In this document: in pieces, positions 25,701 to 40,700 of the stretch
Position numbering within the stretch: the stretch's first letter is position 1
Layout of the letters: each line of letters starts with the position of its first letter
From: Antedon mediterranea
Taxonomy: Eukaryota > Animalia > Echinodermata
Length of the DNA: 64,000 nucleotides
Direction: 5' to 3'
Assembly (NCBI RefSeq): GCF_964355755.1
Contig: NC_092678.1
Location: 23,639,365 to 23,703,364 of the forward strand
Program-made: the position numbers and the translations under genes
Notes under the pieces: model-generated
What the model was told of the DNA's origin: nothing
What the model saw: the letters and a program-made list of their open reading frames with translations, nothing else
Database searches by the model: none

Positions 25701-28700
25701 TAAAATTAAATAATTCATTTCAAGTGACTTGTTCACTACGCACAATATATTTGGTAGTACATTTGATGTAGGACATAATAAATTATAACAATACAACATT
25801 CTGTCTTGTATATTATCTGAGTCATGCCATTTTTAGTTTGAATGTTTTACTAAGGCCATTTTACGCGGAGCTTTATGAAAAAGTAGTAGATGTGTCAAAA
25901 CTCTTTGGAAATATTATGTGGACTAAATAGATGTCACATATAATAACTTTCATGCCTTTGTGTCGAGCTGCTAAAAATGTGCTCATTCGTCCACAACTAT
26001 AGGAATAAGCTATAGGAATATTAGTTAATATCACATACTAATAAACTCTATTAAATTCTAGAAAAAATAAGACATTAGGTATAATTTTTAAGAAGATCTT
26101 AAGACAACAGAAGAGTGAAACTTAGTAGAGCTACTATGTTTCTCTTTACATACTAATTTATGCTTCATTTTCAACATTTTTTATTTGATTAAAATACAAC
26201 AGCTAAAGGGCATTCTACTTGTAACTTGTAACATTTCTGGAATATAAAACCTATTTTAACACCCTTAGTTTATTTATATAACACAGAATGTTACACATTC
26301 AATCATATTCTTTCAACCCCTGGTACCAACCCTGTAATCTAAGTAACATATTTTGAAATTGCGTACGCAACTCAATTTCCAGCAACACCTGGGAAGGCAA
26401 CTGGTGTACAGGTGTATTGTAGCAGGTTTCAATGGGGTGGTCTAAAATGGCGGCGATGCTACGCTAGAAGGCCAGTCAAAACAAACAACTGAAAATGATT
26501 TCTCAACAGGGGGAAGAAAATCAAAGACTTTTGATTGCTTATATCCACTGGGAGTTATTCTTGTAATTAATTTATAACTTTCTTGCATATTGTTACAAAT
26601 TGTAGTTAATTTTTAGAGGAATGTAACAAATTGTAGAGTAAAATTGCACACTGTAACTCAATAAATCTTACCATAACTAAGCTAAGTATATTACTAGCAG
26701 GAATATTTTGGGGTTGAATTTCGTAACGCGAGACTTTGATATTTTTTCTGTAGTTTAATTTAAAATTAAATAACAAACTTTTTATTAATCTATTAATAAA
26801 GTTTTAAATAAAATCAATAAATTAATTTAATTTTTACTGATTAATATATTTAATAGTTTGAATATAAATAAATTTAAATTAAGTTATTTGTATTCTTAAC
26901 TTATTTACTCCAGTGATGAGCACATAATTATAGAGGGCGATATATAAGCAAAATAAAACAACTATCTTTCTAGCAATGTATTTTGTAAATTGATGATGAA
27001 TGTAACTTTAGATCAAGTGCTCTTTATTTAAAAGATCAATGTTCATTAGGTGGTTTTCCGATTAATCGTACGATCAAAACGGTATGACCAACTAGCTTGG
27101 TTTATAAGTAGCAATGTTCCTAAAGTTTATGTTGATATTAGCCTACAACCCACAAATTATACCATTTGATGCCTTTTGGTAACCTGTGTGAGAACTAGCT
27201 GCATCCATATGCAAGTGGTCTACTAAATGACCCTAGTGACCAGTTGGATGTCAACAAATCAATTACAATCATCTGTCCTGAGACTGACATACCTGTCACT
27301 AGATGTGTTGATTGATGTAGGACAACACAGCATACAACAGCAGGAAACACTGTCATGCTTTTAACCTGTCTGTTTTAGGACATGATCTTTGCCCTAAAAA
27401 ACAACCCTAAACAACAAATTTGTAATTCATCTAATTTATTATCTGACCTCTGCATTTCAATAAATCTTATTTATTATTTATCATGGATTTTTAATTGATA
27501 ATGCCAGATATAAAATTGCCTTTTAAATCAGATTAAGGTCACATTACTGCCAATCAATTTTAATTATGGTTTAATAGCTAATTCAGAATGCATAAATGTT
27601 ACTGTTATTTGAAATTTAAAACAATTAAAGACTTCTATCAAAATGGGTAATCCTGGAAGGATCTCATCCGAAACCTTAGCAAAGCAGCTCAGGCGGAGTA
27701 GATAGAAGTTTACAATGAATGGGTAAGGAATATGAGAAAAAAGAAAATCTAGATTGATAGATAGATGATAGTGATACATATCCCCGTACATGTCATGCAT
27801 TTTATAATTTACAATAAGATTATAAAACAGATAAAAGAATGACAATCCATAAAGATAACCAAATAAGTTAATGATGAGTTAGATGATTAGCGTTTAATGA
27901 CATTAATAAACAGAATCTTTGACCATCAACAAACCAGCCCAGACAATTACAAGGAATACATATCCTAGCAGTCATTCATTCTAGGTCCTGACCCAGACAT
28001 TCCATCAGGAGATGAGCAAACCTTTATGAGGAAGTTAAGATGAGTGTTTAATGGGTATCTTCACACATTAATAAGCAACTGTATATCATGTAAGCATGGT
28101 GTTAGTCTAAACAGAAGCAGATGCAGGCCTTATAAATTATGAGTAGAGGGTAGTTAAAAATGAATGAAAGGTCACGGTCAGGTCAATGATTTATTTTATT
28201 CAGAGATAGGATAAACAATAGCTACATAAGCGGCATCTTCAAAAGTTCTAATTTAGAGAAATTAAATGTTGTGGGTTTACAGAATGTATCAATATGATTT
28301 AGTGGTTTATTATGGAACAACAAATTATTAAATTTTGAGGCATGGTGGGAGAGAGAAAAATAATCTTAAGAATGATGTTGAATGCACAAGACCTGCCAAA
28401 TGAAGGTGAGCCAGTACAGTACGCTACCTACTACTAGATTTTGTTAAATTAGGAAAGTTACTTCTTTCTTTTCTAATGTATTTCTTTTTAAAATTCACCT
28501 AAATAAAGTTAGTAATTTATGCAACTAATGTCACCCCTTCACCACAAGGGGTAACTTTTGATCCTCTACTAACCTTGGAACTGAATCAACAAAATTACTT
28601 TCTAACTTTACTGGGCCTCATGTATAGGTTTAAATCATTCATGCAATCACATAAATACATATATTGTTATATAAGTGACAGACACCCTATAAAGCATCTC

Positions 28701-31700
28701 CATTGAAACTGTCAAGTAAATAAATAAGTATAGTATTTACACTTCCTCTTCCATTTTATGTTGTCTAATCTTACTAATTGGTCAGTGTCCCACAATCTAC
28801 CTTCCTGTACATGTCAAAAGGCTAGACCTGTAGATAGAACATGCAAGCCAAGTCAACACTTATATATAATCTATTACCTGCTGTTAACTGGCCACATTGA
28901 TTGATTGATTGACATTATTACAACACTGTACTACTGATATATATTAAGTTAAAATGGGAATTCAAAGTTCTATTAATCCATTTACTTCTAAAATGATGTT
29001 GTTCTATACAGTATAATAGCGATGTATAAAATCTGTGCATGCGTGTAAGGCAAATATGCACCGTTCAGTTCATTATTGGGTGGGACTGTGTTTGATCGAT
29101 TAATGTTATTATTGGTACCTATAGCTGAATGGGTATAACTAGATGCATGTACGCAATAATGAAGTAGATTAATGTTATTATTGGTACCTATAGCTGAATG
29201 GGTAACTAGATGGATGTACGCAATAATGAAGTAGATTAATGTTATTATTGGTACCTATAGCTGAATGGGTATAACTAGATGCATGTACACAATAAATGAA
29301 GTAGATTAATGTTATTATTGGTACCTATAGCTGAATGGGTATAACTAGATGCATGTACGCAATAATGAAGTAGATTAATGTTATTATTGGTACCTATAGC
29401 TGAATGGGTAACTAGATGCATGTACGCAATAATGAAGTAGATTAATGTTATTATTGGTACCTATAGCTGAATGGGTATAACTAGATGCATGTACGCAATA
29501 ATGAAGTAGATTAATGTTATTATTGGTACCTATAGCTGAATGGGTATAACTAGATGCATGTACACAATAAATGAAGTAGATTAATGTTATTATTGGTACC
29601 TATAGCTGAATGGGTATAACTAGATGCATGTACACAATAAATGAAGTACATTAATGTTATTATTGGTACCTATAGCTGAATGGGTATAACTAGATGCATG
29701 TACGCAATAATGAAGTAGATTAATGTTATTATCGGTACCTATAGCTGAATGGGTATAACTAGATGCATGTACACAATAAATGAAGTAGATTAATGTTATT
29801 ATTGGTACCTATAGCTGAATGGGTATAACTTGATGCATGTACACAATAATGAAGTAGATTAATGTTATTATTGGTACCTATAGCTGAATGGGTATAACTA
29901 GATGCATGTACGCAATAATGAAGTACATTAATGTTATTATTGGTACCTACAGCTGAATGGGTATAACTTGATGCATGTACACAATAATGAAGTAGATTAA
30001 TGTTATTATTGGTACCTATAGCTGAATGGGTATAACTAGATGCATGTACGCAATAATGAAGTAGATTAATGTTATTATTGGTACCTATAGCTGAATGGGT
30101 ATAACTTGATGCATGTACGCAATAATGAAGTAGATTAATGTTATTATTGGTACCTACAGCTGAATGGGTATAACTTGATGCATGTACGCAATAATGAAGT
30201 AGATTAATGTTATTATTGGTACCTACAGCTGAATGGGTATAACTAGATGCATGTACGCAATATAAATGAAGTAGATTAATGTTATTATTGGTACCTACAG
30301 CTGAATGGGTATAACTAGATGTATGTACGCAACATCAAAAGTTTTTCTTTGTAACTAAGAACTACATTTGATTAAATTACATTTTTTATTTTATCTTAAC
30401 TGAAACTGCTCTGATAACATCTTATTGAATAATAATTTCATTTAATTTTCGTTTTTATCAAGCCGAACAAGACAAATAGGTTATAATGGTCGCCGATTAA
30501 AAAAGAAAGTAAATTTGAATTTGAGTCAAATGTTAGAATGGACCCCATGAGAGTAATCTAGGGTTACTTCCTCCTACATATTGAAATAAATATGTGAAAG
30601 TTATGATTTAGGACTTAAGTTATGGTTATTGATGGCTTTTGTGATCTTGAATGTATCAAGCATGGTGCCTATTAGGCTAGCACATTAAATGTTGTTTCTA
30701 ATTTGTATCAGACACAAACAACAACATATTTCCAAGGAATGATGTAACATAGTGCTACAACTTGTATATTGGCGACCAAAAAATAGTTTTTACGATGGAC
30801 TGCTCGATATTAGAGGTTAGGTTCAGGTCAACGAATCAGGGTGAATATAGAATACAAATTACTATAGCAAAACCAATATGATGTGTAATTTGTAATTGTA
30901 TTGTAACCGAAATACTGAAGTATTTTTAGGTTTAGGCCATCTGATTGGCCATACATAGAGGGGGTACTCATATGAGAATGCTGGGCTGACATCTCACTGG
31001 ACATATTTTTATTTTAAAAAATTGTGTAAATATTATCATGGTAGTCTATTAAATGTTACCAAAATTCCTATACTCTGTATAAACTATATGGTTGAATAGT
31101 TACCCCCTACAATGCTATCAAACTTGTCAAAAATCCAATACATTTTATTTTCCAAATATTTTGATAATAAAAAAATAAGTGAACAATAAATGTAATAGGG
31201 CAATCAGTTTTACGACAGGAAGGCAAATGTACACAATAAATCAACTGTTAGATAGTAAATGTAAGATTCACTCTAATAAGTGAACAAGTATGTCCTCTCC
31301 CTCTTTCCAAATATGAGGAAAGAAAACAATTTGAGATATTACTTAACATTATACAAAAACCAGGTTAATTTGTTATAGAAAATAGTGCATGTTTTTTTTT
31401 CATTGTCTCCCAGAAAATTTGTAAATGAAATTACCTCATTAATACCGTTTATTTTATATTGATACTGTTGATTCGTCTATTTGTTATTTTAATATTTTTA
31501 TATAGTTTATTATATATCATTGTTGTTACTTTGGGAGTACGGAACCTGAACTCCTATTATAGTGATTAGGTTCACTTTTAGGTTCCTGCCTACTCCCTTA
31601 GTTTCTGTGTTTTTGTTTGTTTGTAACTGGTTTTTGGCAATAAATAATAATAATAATAATTCAAAAGCAGGTCCCCCACCTCCCATCTTCCAAATACAAG

Positions 31701-34700
31701 AAAAACAAAATTGAGATAACGCTTGATGATTAACTTTGTGTTCACTCTAGAAAATAGTGCATGCTGTTTTTTTTCATTCTCTCTACAGTTTTGCAAGTTT
31801 CTGGCCGCTGGTATAGTTTCTTCTTTTCTATCCATTTATATTACATATCAGCAAATCATTGGAAAATGTCAGAAATATTTTCACTTTTCATCTTTGTGTA
31901 TTTCCTTTGCTAAGGGCGCGGGCTATGATTCATAAACGTCTGGGAGGGTTTAACCGAACTCTATATTAACAAGATTTTAATCTGGTATTAGTCCCTTCTG
32001 ATTTGTTAATTAATTAGCCAATTAGGAATCAACATAATTACCTCATTAATACTGAATTAAGTCCTCTCAATCATGAACTCTGCCTGACCTTCTGGTCAAC
32101 GACTTTTGTCCAATGAGCTAATCTTAAAAGTTAATCCTACTGGATTGACAAGTTAATCTACCTAATCTGTCAAGTGTATAGGTGTGGTTCTCTGACTGAA
32201 ACACAGCTATACATCACTGTCAATATATTGAAATATATGTAATTAAAGAAGACATGTCATTGGAAACAATTCAAACAATTTTGCTAAAATAAAACATTTG
32301 TACATAAAATTACTTCCATTTTCATTGCTGTACATTGGCTGACTGAAAGATATTGACTGATTGAAAGATATTGATTGAAATGAATTGATTGAAAGAGATT
32401 GATTGAAATGAATTGATTGAAAGATATTGATTGAAATGAATTGATTGAAAGAGATTGATTGAAATGAATTGATTGAAAGGATTGATTGAAATGAATTGAT
32501 TGAAAGAGATTGATTGATATGAACTGATTGAAAAAGAATTGATTGAAAGAAAGTAAAAAAAAGTTGATTTGATTGAAAAGAATTGATTAAAAGAATGTAA
32601 AGAAATTGATTTAAGATTGATTGAAAGAATGGAAAAGAAATTGATTTGAGATTGATTGAAAAGAATGTAAAAGAAATTTATTTGAAGTAGATTGATTAAA
32701 AGTAAAAGAAAATTATTGCAAGAATTTGAACAATTATTTGAACCACAGTCAGACAGAAACAAATGGATTTGAAAAATGTCATTAGGCAAGAGACTTACAA
32801 TACAATTAGTACAATTACTCAGTAATTGAAAACTGTGATGAATTAGAAAGTATTGTTCAGAATTAACAAGTGCTTGAAATATGTACAATATATGTACAAA
32901 AATAAATTACTGTTATACAATATGACATAAAACAAGTAAAATAAACGTCGTTTATGCAGTAAAACAAGCCGAAACCTAATAAAGAGTAAAATAACACCTA
33001 GAAACCTGTTTTTTGTTTCAACATTCCAACCTGAACATTAGAATAATACCTGAATCCTAAATTGGCAAATTCAAATCATTAAACCAGTCAACTCTGGAAC
33101 AGATCTTATAATACCTTAGTAACAAACTAGATACAAATGTTACTTATTTTTTCGTGTGGATAATATTCGATATTTTTCGAATAATATTAAGTTTGTGAAT
33201 TGTGCTAGAAATCAGAACAAAAAGTGTTGTAAGTCAATCCATCAAAATGGAGGTTGTAGTATATATACTATTAAGCATTGAGAATAAAAGGGGAGGGAGG
33301 CTGGTAAAAAAAGATATAAAATGGGGTTGAATGAAAGAGAGCCTTACAACTTTGGAGAATGTGGCCGCACTGGATGTGAGGCGAGAGGGAGAAAAAGTGA
33401 AGTGAAATGAGATGTCAGTTTACCTCTTCCTTCAACTGCTTCACGAGTGCTTCCTTCTCCCAACTGAGTTTACGGATGTCTTCCGCCACCTTTGGATTCT
33501 TCTTGTGCATTTCAAGAAATGCCATATTGGTGTCTTTCTCAGCAATGGCAGCAGAGAGCGCCTCCTGTCTGAAAAAAAAAAAACCAAATGAAACCATTTT
33601 TTTATTTTTATATAACCACCATAATCTTATAATCATTTTAAGTGCAGACATGAACTTTCATCTCCCTTTTAAGGGACCACCAAAAGGCATTCATCTGTTA
33701 TGACAATTCATTCATTCTAATTCCCCTAATCTATATAACTGCCTCTCATACTTCTTTTTTCTGAAGAATTTTATTTGAAATAAAATTGAATTAATATAAT
33801 AATGTTTACTTTAATACAGCGCAAAATGCAGGGTGCCCTAAGAGATGAAAATCAACAGAAAATGTTATTAAAAGAGCAAAAGATTAATAAAGAAAGTGCA
33901 AATTAAAAAGGTGGGATTTGAGGATTCGTTTGAATGTGGTGAGCGATTCGGCATTCCTGAGTTTGGAAGGACGTTCCAAAGAACAACAGTTTACCAGGCG
34001 CGTTGTCCATAATATTTATGGGACAATGTTGTACATTATAACCATAGCATCAATACTTTAATGAGACTTATAAGATGAATGTATGTTTAAAAGTTTTGTA
34101 GCATTGGAATGTTTTGATTGATCCCCTACAGTACTGCAATTATAATTAAGATAAATGAACGTTAAAAAATGAAACAATTTATGACATTGTCGCAAAAGGG
34201 TTCCTATGTTCTATGTCCTACTTCAAGCTTTGTAATACAATACACTTGTATTGAAAGTTCTCATGAACCTTACTTGAATGTTCTTTACTATTCTATCATT
34301 AACATTATCCATCATTCTCAGGGAATTTAAATGAGCATTCCTTGGACAAAAAACGTTTGACAAATTATTACTGCAATTCATTTTTATGTATCAAAGTAAT
34401 TTCTCATGCTGCTATAATTGTTTGTTGATGTAAGCTGAAAATTAAAAAGTTTTTTTTTTTTAAATTTCAATTATAAGCAACAGGTAAATCACAAGTTTTA
34501 GACAGATTTATTTAAATCAAGTGGGAGAACAAAAAATAAATCTATTCTTCCTTAAGCTCTGTCTATCAAACTTTATGTGATAAATATTGTGATGTGCCCA
34601 TATATGGACATGAAGATTTCATATCACTAACATATTCAAGAATATCACTACCATATTTGGGTACATCACACTTGTAAAACTAGAAGAGCTTAGGCAAGCC

Positions 34701-37700
34701 AGTAAAATCTTCCATGTTTGTAGAAAATCTGATTTTATGCTTATCTTTCAATGCGGTTTGGACCTTGCTACAAGTTTCTGAATTGAAATTTCCCATTTAC
34801 ATATGCCATTGCCCTCCTATCTGGATATTAGCTAGCATTTTAGAGCATTATTTTATCCAAGCCAAATTCAACAATAAATTAAGTCTTCAAGACTAAAGCT
34901 CTGTCTACACTATCAAACTATAAGCACATCAGATGTTGTTGTCACATTAAGCTTGATAGTGTAGACAGAGCTTTAGACATTTATGCATGATGACATGTCA
35001 GAGAAATCAATCTATTGTTTAATTTCAGATAATAAAGTGGTGTTATTTTTGTAAATTAAAACCATATTTTAAATCCAACTAAAACTACACCAGGGACTCA
35101 TTAACTCTATGGCCTATGAAATAGCACATTTTCATTTTTTTTACTTTTAGTAAAATTGACAACTTTTGATGATAAAATAAAGCACGTGTTTTGATAGGTC
35201 TGATCCTGTATAATCCTAAAGGAAGTATCCTTTCTAAATTGATTTCCTTACGGATTATGTTTAATGACAGATTTATTGATTTTAATAATTTCTGTCTGCA
35301 GTTCATTCATTGAATAATAAAATGATTCTACTTGTGTTTGTCAAAAATATTAATACAGTAATTCTAATGTTGCTTTAGTATGTCTTCATTTTGTTCATTC
35401 TTTATGTTTCCATTCACTGTGTTCATTCTTTATGTTTCCATTCACTTTGTTCATTCTTTATGTTTCCATTCACTGTGTTCATACTTTATGTATTCATGGT
35501 TTTCGTTTTCTCAATGTGTTTATTCTTTGTGTTCATTTACTGTTTTCATGTTTGATGTGTTCATTCACAATGTTAATTTTTTCTGTGTTCATTCACTGTG
35601 TTCATGTTTTCTGTGTTCATTGTTACTGTGTTCATTCAATGTGTTCATTTTTTCTGTATTTATTTTTACTATGTTCATTCAATCTGTTCATTTTTACTGT
35701 GTTCAATTTTTTCTGTGTTCATCCTTTCTGTGTTTCTATTCAACAGTAAGGGGACAGCAGCAATATTGCTCTAATATTGCTCCATAATGCAGTTACTGTT
35801 GCATTGCAATCAACTGTAAGTTTGGCAGTGAATTCAACTCTTAAGCTTAAAATAACTACATTAATAAAACTACCTACAGTAAAACAATGCTGCTTAGGTA
35901 ATATGTAGTAGATGGTTCTAATAAAAAAGGGATTTAGAGTCAACTGTCAACTTTGTACATATGGGATTTAAGGCCATGAGTTCAGTACAGTCATACTTTT
36001 GAACATTGTTTTTATAGCATTCACTTTTAGTTGGTACAAGAATTCTTATTGGCGACTTTTAATATTCATGACAGTGACACGGCATGCGGCTATGTGTCTA
36101 TAAAAGTAAGAAGATAATTATGTGCAACCTCCCACATGAGCATGCGTAGACTAATCTGTTTATTTGGAAACAATGGAAAGTTGCTATCAATACAAAGTAA
36201 TGTAAAAACAAAGTAAGTGAAGCTTGTGAAAGGTATTGAATATTAAGAATCTTTATAAAAACATGTCCTGTATGTTTGATAAACATTTGCCAATATACAT
36301 TTAATATTTGAATGAAATGATTCACAAATCTCAAATATCAATAAAAGAGGGTAGAAAGGGGTGCATTTATTTTGAATATCTCTGAGATGTAAAGCATACG
36401 CTATAGGCAATGTGGAAATGACATAGATTGAAATTTCCTGTATCTGAAATGTTCCAAATATATTTTAATATTTGCCCTTGGAACTTTCTTTTAGAAAATA
36501 TTTAAATTAGATGGCCTTGCAAGTTGCACCCCTTATCTCCCTGAGGACATCATATTCGTGTCAAACTAAAATTAAATTTTAACATGAAAGGGGACAATAA
36601 TAAAATCAATTGGAAATGTCAATGTTTAATTTAAAAGAAATTTAAATTAGAAATTACAAAACATGTTTTTGAAGTACACATTTTACAAGTACACTGAAAC
36701 AGGGGGAAACTTTATGAGAGTCTGGGACAAATAAACTAAAATTTATTGGGTGTGGGTATATAAAAAATAGGCTAGATCATCTTGTGAGACTCTTAAACAA
36801 GTTATGTCTCAATGGTGCTGCAACAATGGTATTCAAGTCATTGTTTGACCAATACTTGTCAAATTTACTTATACAGATCTACGCGTTTCATTGATTAATT
36901 ATTATCACTTCTTTTTATAAGAATAAATTAAGCTTTGGACTTATCATCCTACAAGTACCACCTTGTACTTACTTAATATCCATTATTTCTTTAACTTGCT
37001 TCTTTCGTTCAGACATCAACGCTGCTAACCGAATGTCTTTATCACGCATGTGGCCCCTTGTCATATGCAACTCATTATCGACATTTGATAACTGTTTACG
37101 TGATTTTTCTAATTCTTTTATGTAACCATCAACCTACAGAACAACAAAAAGGACATGAATGAACCCATTTTAACTTCTTATTTTACTAATCGTATACATT
37201 TTGTCCAGGACTAATAACAATAATATTTATTTGGCATATCAAGCACTACCTTGACAGGAGCAAGCAATATGAGCGAGCGAGTGGCCGAGCGAGTGAGTGG
37301 CCGAGCGGTTAAGACAGTGGAACCGTAATTACGTAGCCATAACATCGGCAAGGGTTCGAGGCTCACTCGCTCCATGGTTCTGGTGGTAGAACGAGTCTTC
37401 TCGGATAAGGACTATAAACCGTACACATAGCTCATGTACATCTTTCGAGACGAGTAGGGGGTTACCCCGGTGTACTAGTCCACACAAACACAGCCACTGT
37501 CGCACACAGCCACTGTGCAAATTGGGACTGGACCGTTTTAGAGGTGTTTACCACCTGTTGGTCCAGATCCTTCACTAACTGAGTTAGTGAGAAGTCGAAT
37601 AAAAAAAAAAAAAAAATATGCATAGGCCTAAAAGCGCAATATAATCTGTTTCTAATTAATTACTTTCTGTTATCACCATGTACATAATTGATGTTAAACT

Positions 37701-40700
37701 TAAGGTTTCTAAAATCTTTTACAAAATTTTATCTTATCTTATAGATGCACACTGCCATTAAATTTTTGGTTTCTTTTGATGGAGGTAATCTATACTAGAT
37801 GACCACTCCACTATCCCTATATATTCACTACCAGAAGCCTCAACTGAAATCATAATTCAAATTTGTTTTTAACCTGTTTTGATGAGATTAATTCTAATTA
37901 TTATTTCCGATATCAAAAAAGTAGATTTTTTTTTTATTAGAATCTGGCAAGATCATACATCAAACTGATTTGATCACAGGAAAAGGACTGCTGACAGGGC
38001 TAAGGACATCGTCAATAAATGTTAATATTTTAACTTAAATTGACATGCTACTGTTAAATTTCTTTACGATTTCTTTAGATTTTTAAATTTAAAAATTGGA
38101 GCAGGAAATAAATGAATGATAGAGGCTTAAAAATGTACACTGAGGCAAAAGTCAGGGCTAATATATGACTTAGGTTGATATAATGATGTACATGGAGGCC
38201 TTACAAGGCAGGGCTGATATAATATGACTTTAAAGGCTGATATAATGATGTACAGTACATGGAGGCCTTAAAAGTCAGGCAGGAAATGTATGGGTGACAG
38301 AGAACCAAATATGCACAGAGACCTTAAAGTCAGGGCCAGGAAATGAACGATACAAAAATGTTTAATAAAAATCAAATTAATTAATAGCGTTTGGAAGATT
38401 TGAGAGACAAACAGAATTATTTGGCACGAGTATCGATTGCTACTTTAGAAATATGTTGTAAAGTATGTGCCGGATGTTACCGCATGATTGAAAGATGTGT
38501 ACAGTCATCGCGAAAACATTTGTCAAGCAGAAACGGCTGTTGACAGTACGCTTTGTGCCCACGTCTACGTTATCGCAGACAGATCAAAAGAATCATTGTG
38601 TATGAAAAGTTTTCAGGGATAAACTTTGATCATAAAACAAATCAACATTTCTGACAAATATATTTCCATATAAAGAATTGACAAGAATTTATGAAAACCA
38701 TTTTCAAATAAGTAATTTAGGATCTCTATCATAAAAAACTCCTGGTTTCCGGAGACCACATTTCATCATTTTCTTGAAACGTTATACATATGATTATTTT
38801 TATTGTGATTTGGTGAATAAATGTATTTTACGTGTACTTTATGTGACAAAAAATGTGATGTGCCCATATATGGACATGATGATTATCACTACCATATTTG
38901 GGCACATCACACTTTTTTTGGACAGGTTGATTTTGAATGAGTTTTCTGCCATCATGGTTGACTGTAGAATACTTCACACACATGTCCGCACATAGCTTGT
39001 ACCGAATGATTTTCTTTTTACCTGTTTTTCTAAATGCCTAATATTATACTGTTGCTGTTCTATCATTATTTCTCTATCAGCTGTAATGTGAACACTCTCC
39101 TTCAATGCTTCTTCCAATTCTTCTATTCTGTCCTCTTTATGTCGCATCAATTGCTAACAAAAAGAAAAAAAATATAAAAGTATATTATAAATCATCCTTT
39201 TCTGCAGTGTAAAGGCCCATTTATACTCATTGACGATAAGTAGATATTAACAAGGCCGTAGAAGGCATGAGGCAGACTAGGCTCTTGTCTGAAATTTTCA
39301 ATTTTTTACCACCCACCCCAATTCCCAAGCACAGATCTTCATACATTATATTGATAATTATATTTAAAGCATCTTTGCCTCGTCTGTTTTTAACCTCTCT
39401 CTACGGCCTTGATTAAGATGCATTTTTCCTACAGAAAACAAACAAAACTATAGGATAAACATTTATGTCGTTGATGAAGGTAATATTTTACCTGTAATTC
39501 TTGCGAGTCACTCGTAAGTTCTCCCTCGCGCTTGTTTGCTGCTTCCAATAACTGCGCATTCTTCTTCCTCTGCATTTGTTGTTCTCGTTTCATTGCGTTG
39601 AATTTACGATTTAAATCTTTCAATTGCCTGAAAGATTATTATCATTCATATGAACATTTTTGATAAAGACAATGTTGTTATGTCAGCTACCACATTGTGG
39701 AAGGGAGGTGGAATTCCCCACATAAAGCGGAATTCCCCACACAAAGTGGAATTCCCCACACAAAATGTACTTTCCCTTGGCAATGCACAACATTAGTAGT
39801 TGTAGGAAATCACTACTGAAAGGGGTGCCATACAAACACAAAACTACCATTGATAATAAAAATGAATCTTAAAAACTCAAAGGAATATAAACCGGGAACA
39901 ATGGAAGCCATCGGGAATCATCTACTGTATTATTAGGAATAAATTAAATGAAGTATATATTGTTTTTTTTATTGAATATACTAATTGTAAATCTGTATTT
40001 CAAATAATAAGCTACACAGTTAAAACTGAAATCACAACTAATGTATACTATATGGCACAATAGACATATCAAATACAAACTACAACAATTTAAAAAAAGA
40101 AATAATAATATATAACTTTCATTAAAAAGACAAATATATAATATAGATATACTTGATACTAAACAAAGAAAATATAAATACAAAAGAATAAATAAAATTA
40201 CATTAATATTAGACTAACGACTGGAATTAGGCTAGGAGTTGGCAATTATAATACGCTATTAAAGTTCAAAGGTCCTGGATCTTTCATGACAAACTAAATT
40301 GTTTATTAAAACGTTGCTATTTATTGAAAACAAAATAATAATAATACGTCATACTACCACAATAAAACAATATGATGTACAAATATTCACAAAGCTGAAA
40401 TACAATGGTTGCACATTATACTGTGTAAAATAAAAGTGATTACTGCAAGGATGGGAAGAAGACATTGTTACTGCATATGTAAGGATGGGAAGAAGACACA
40501 TCATACTCACCCTGAGGATTCACTGCTGCTTTGTATGAGAAGAAGATGTTCCAGAAGAGTAGAAAATTGAATATATTGTATTAATACAAAAGAATAAGTC
40601 CTGAAAACATGTCTGTTGACAACTGATGGAGATTAAGATAACAAAAAATGATAATGATGTCATTATCAACACCCTTGATTACTTACAAATCTAATTCTGA

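Noticed and set aside
29097-30332. CRISPR-like regular repeat
   Set aside because: No variable spacers; it is a simple tandem repeat.
32042-32117. Exon-like segment in the large ERC intron
   Set aside because: All three frames contain stops and there is no similarity to ERC.
32322-35787. Long low-complexity ORFs (188 aa, 135 aa, 105 aa)
   Set aside because: They come from degenerate simple repeats.
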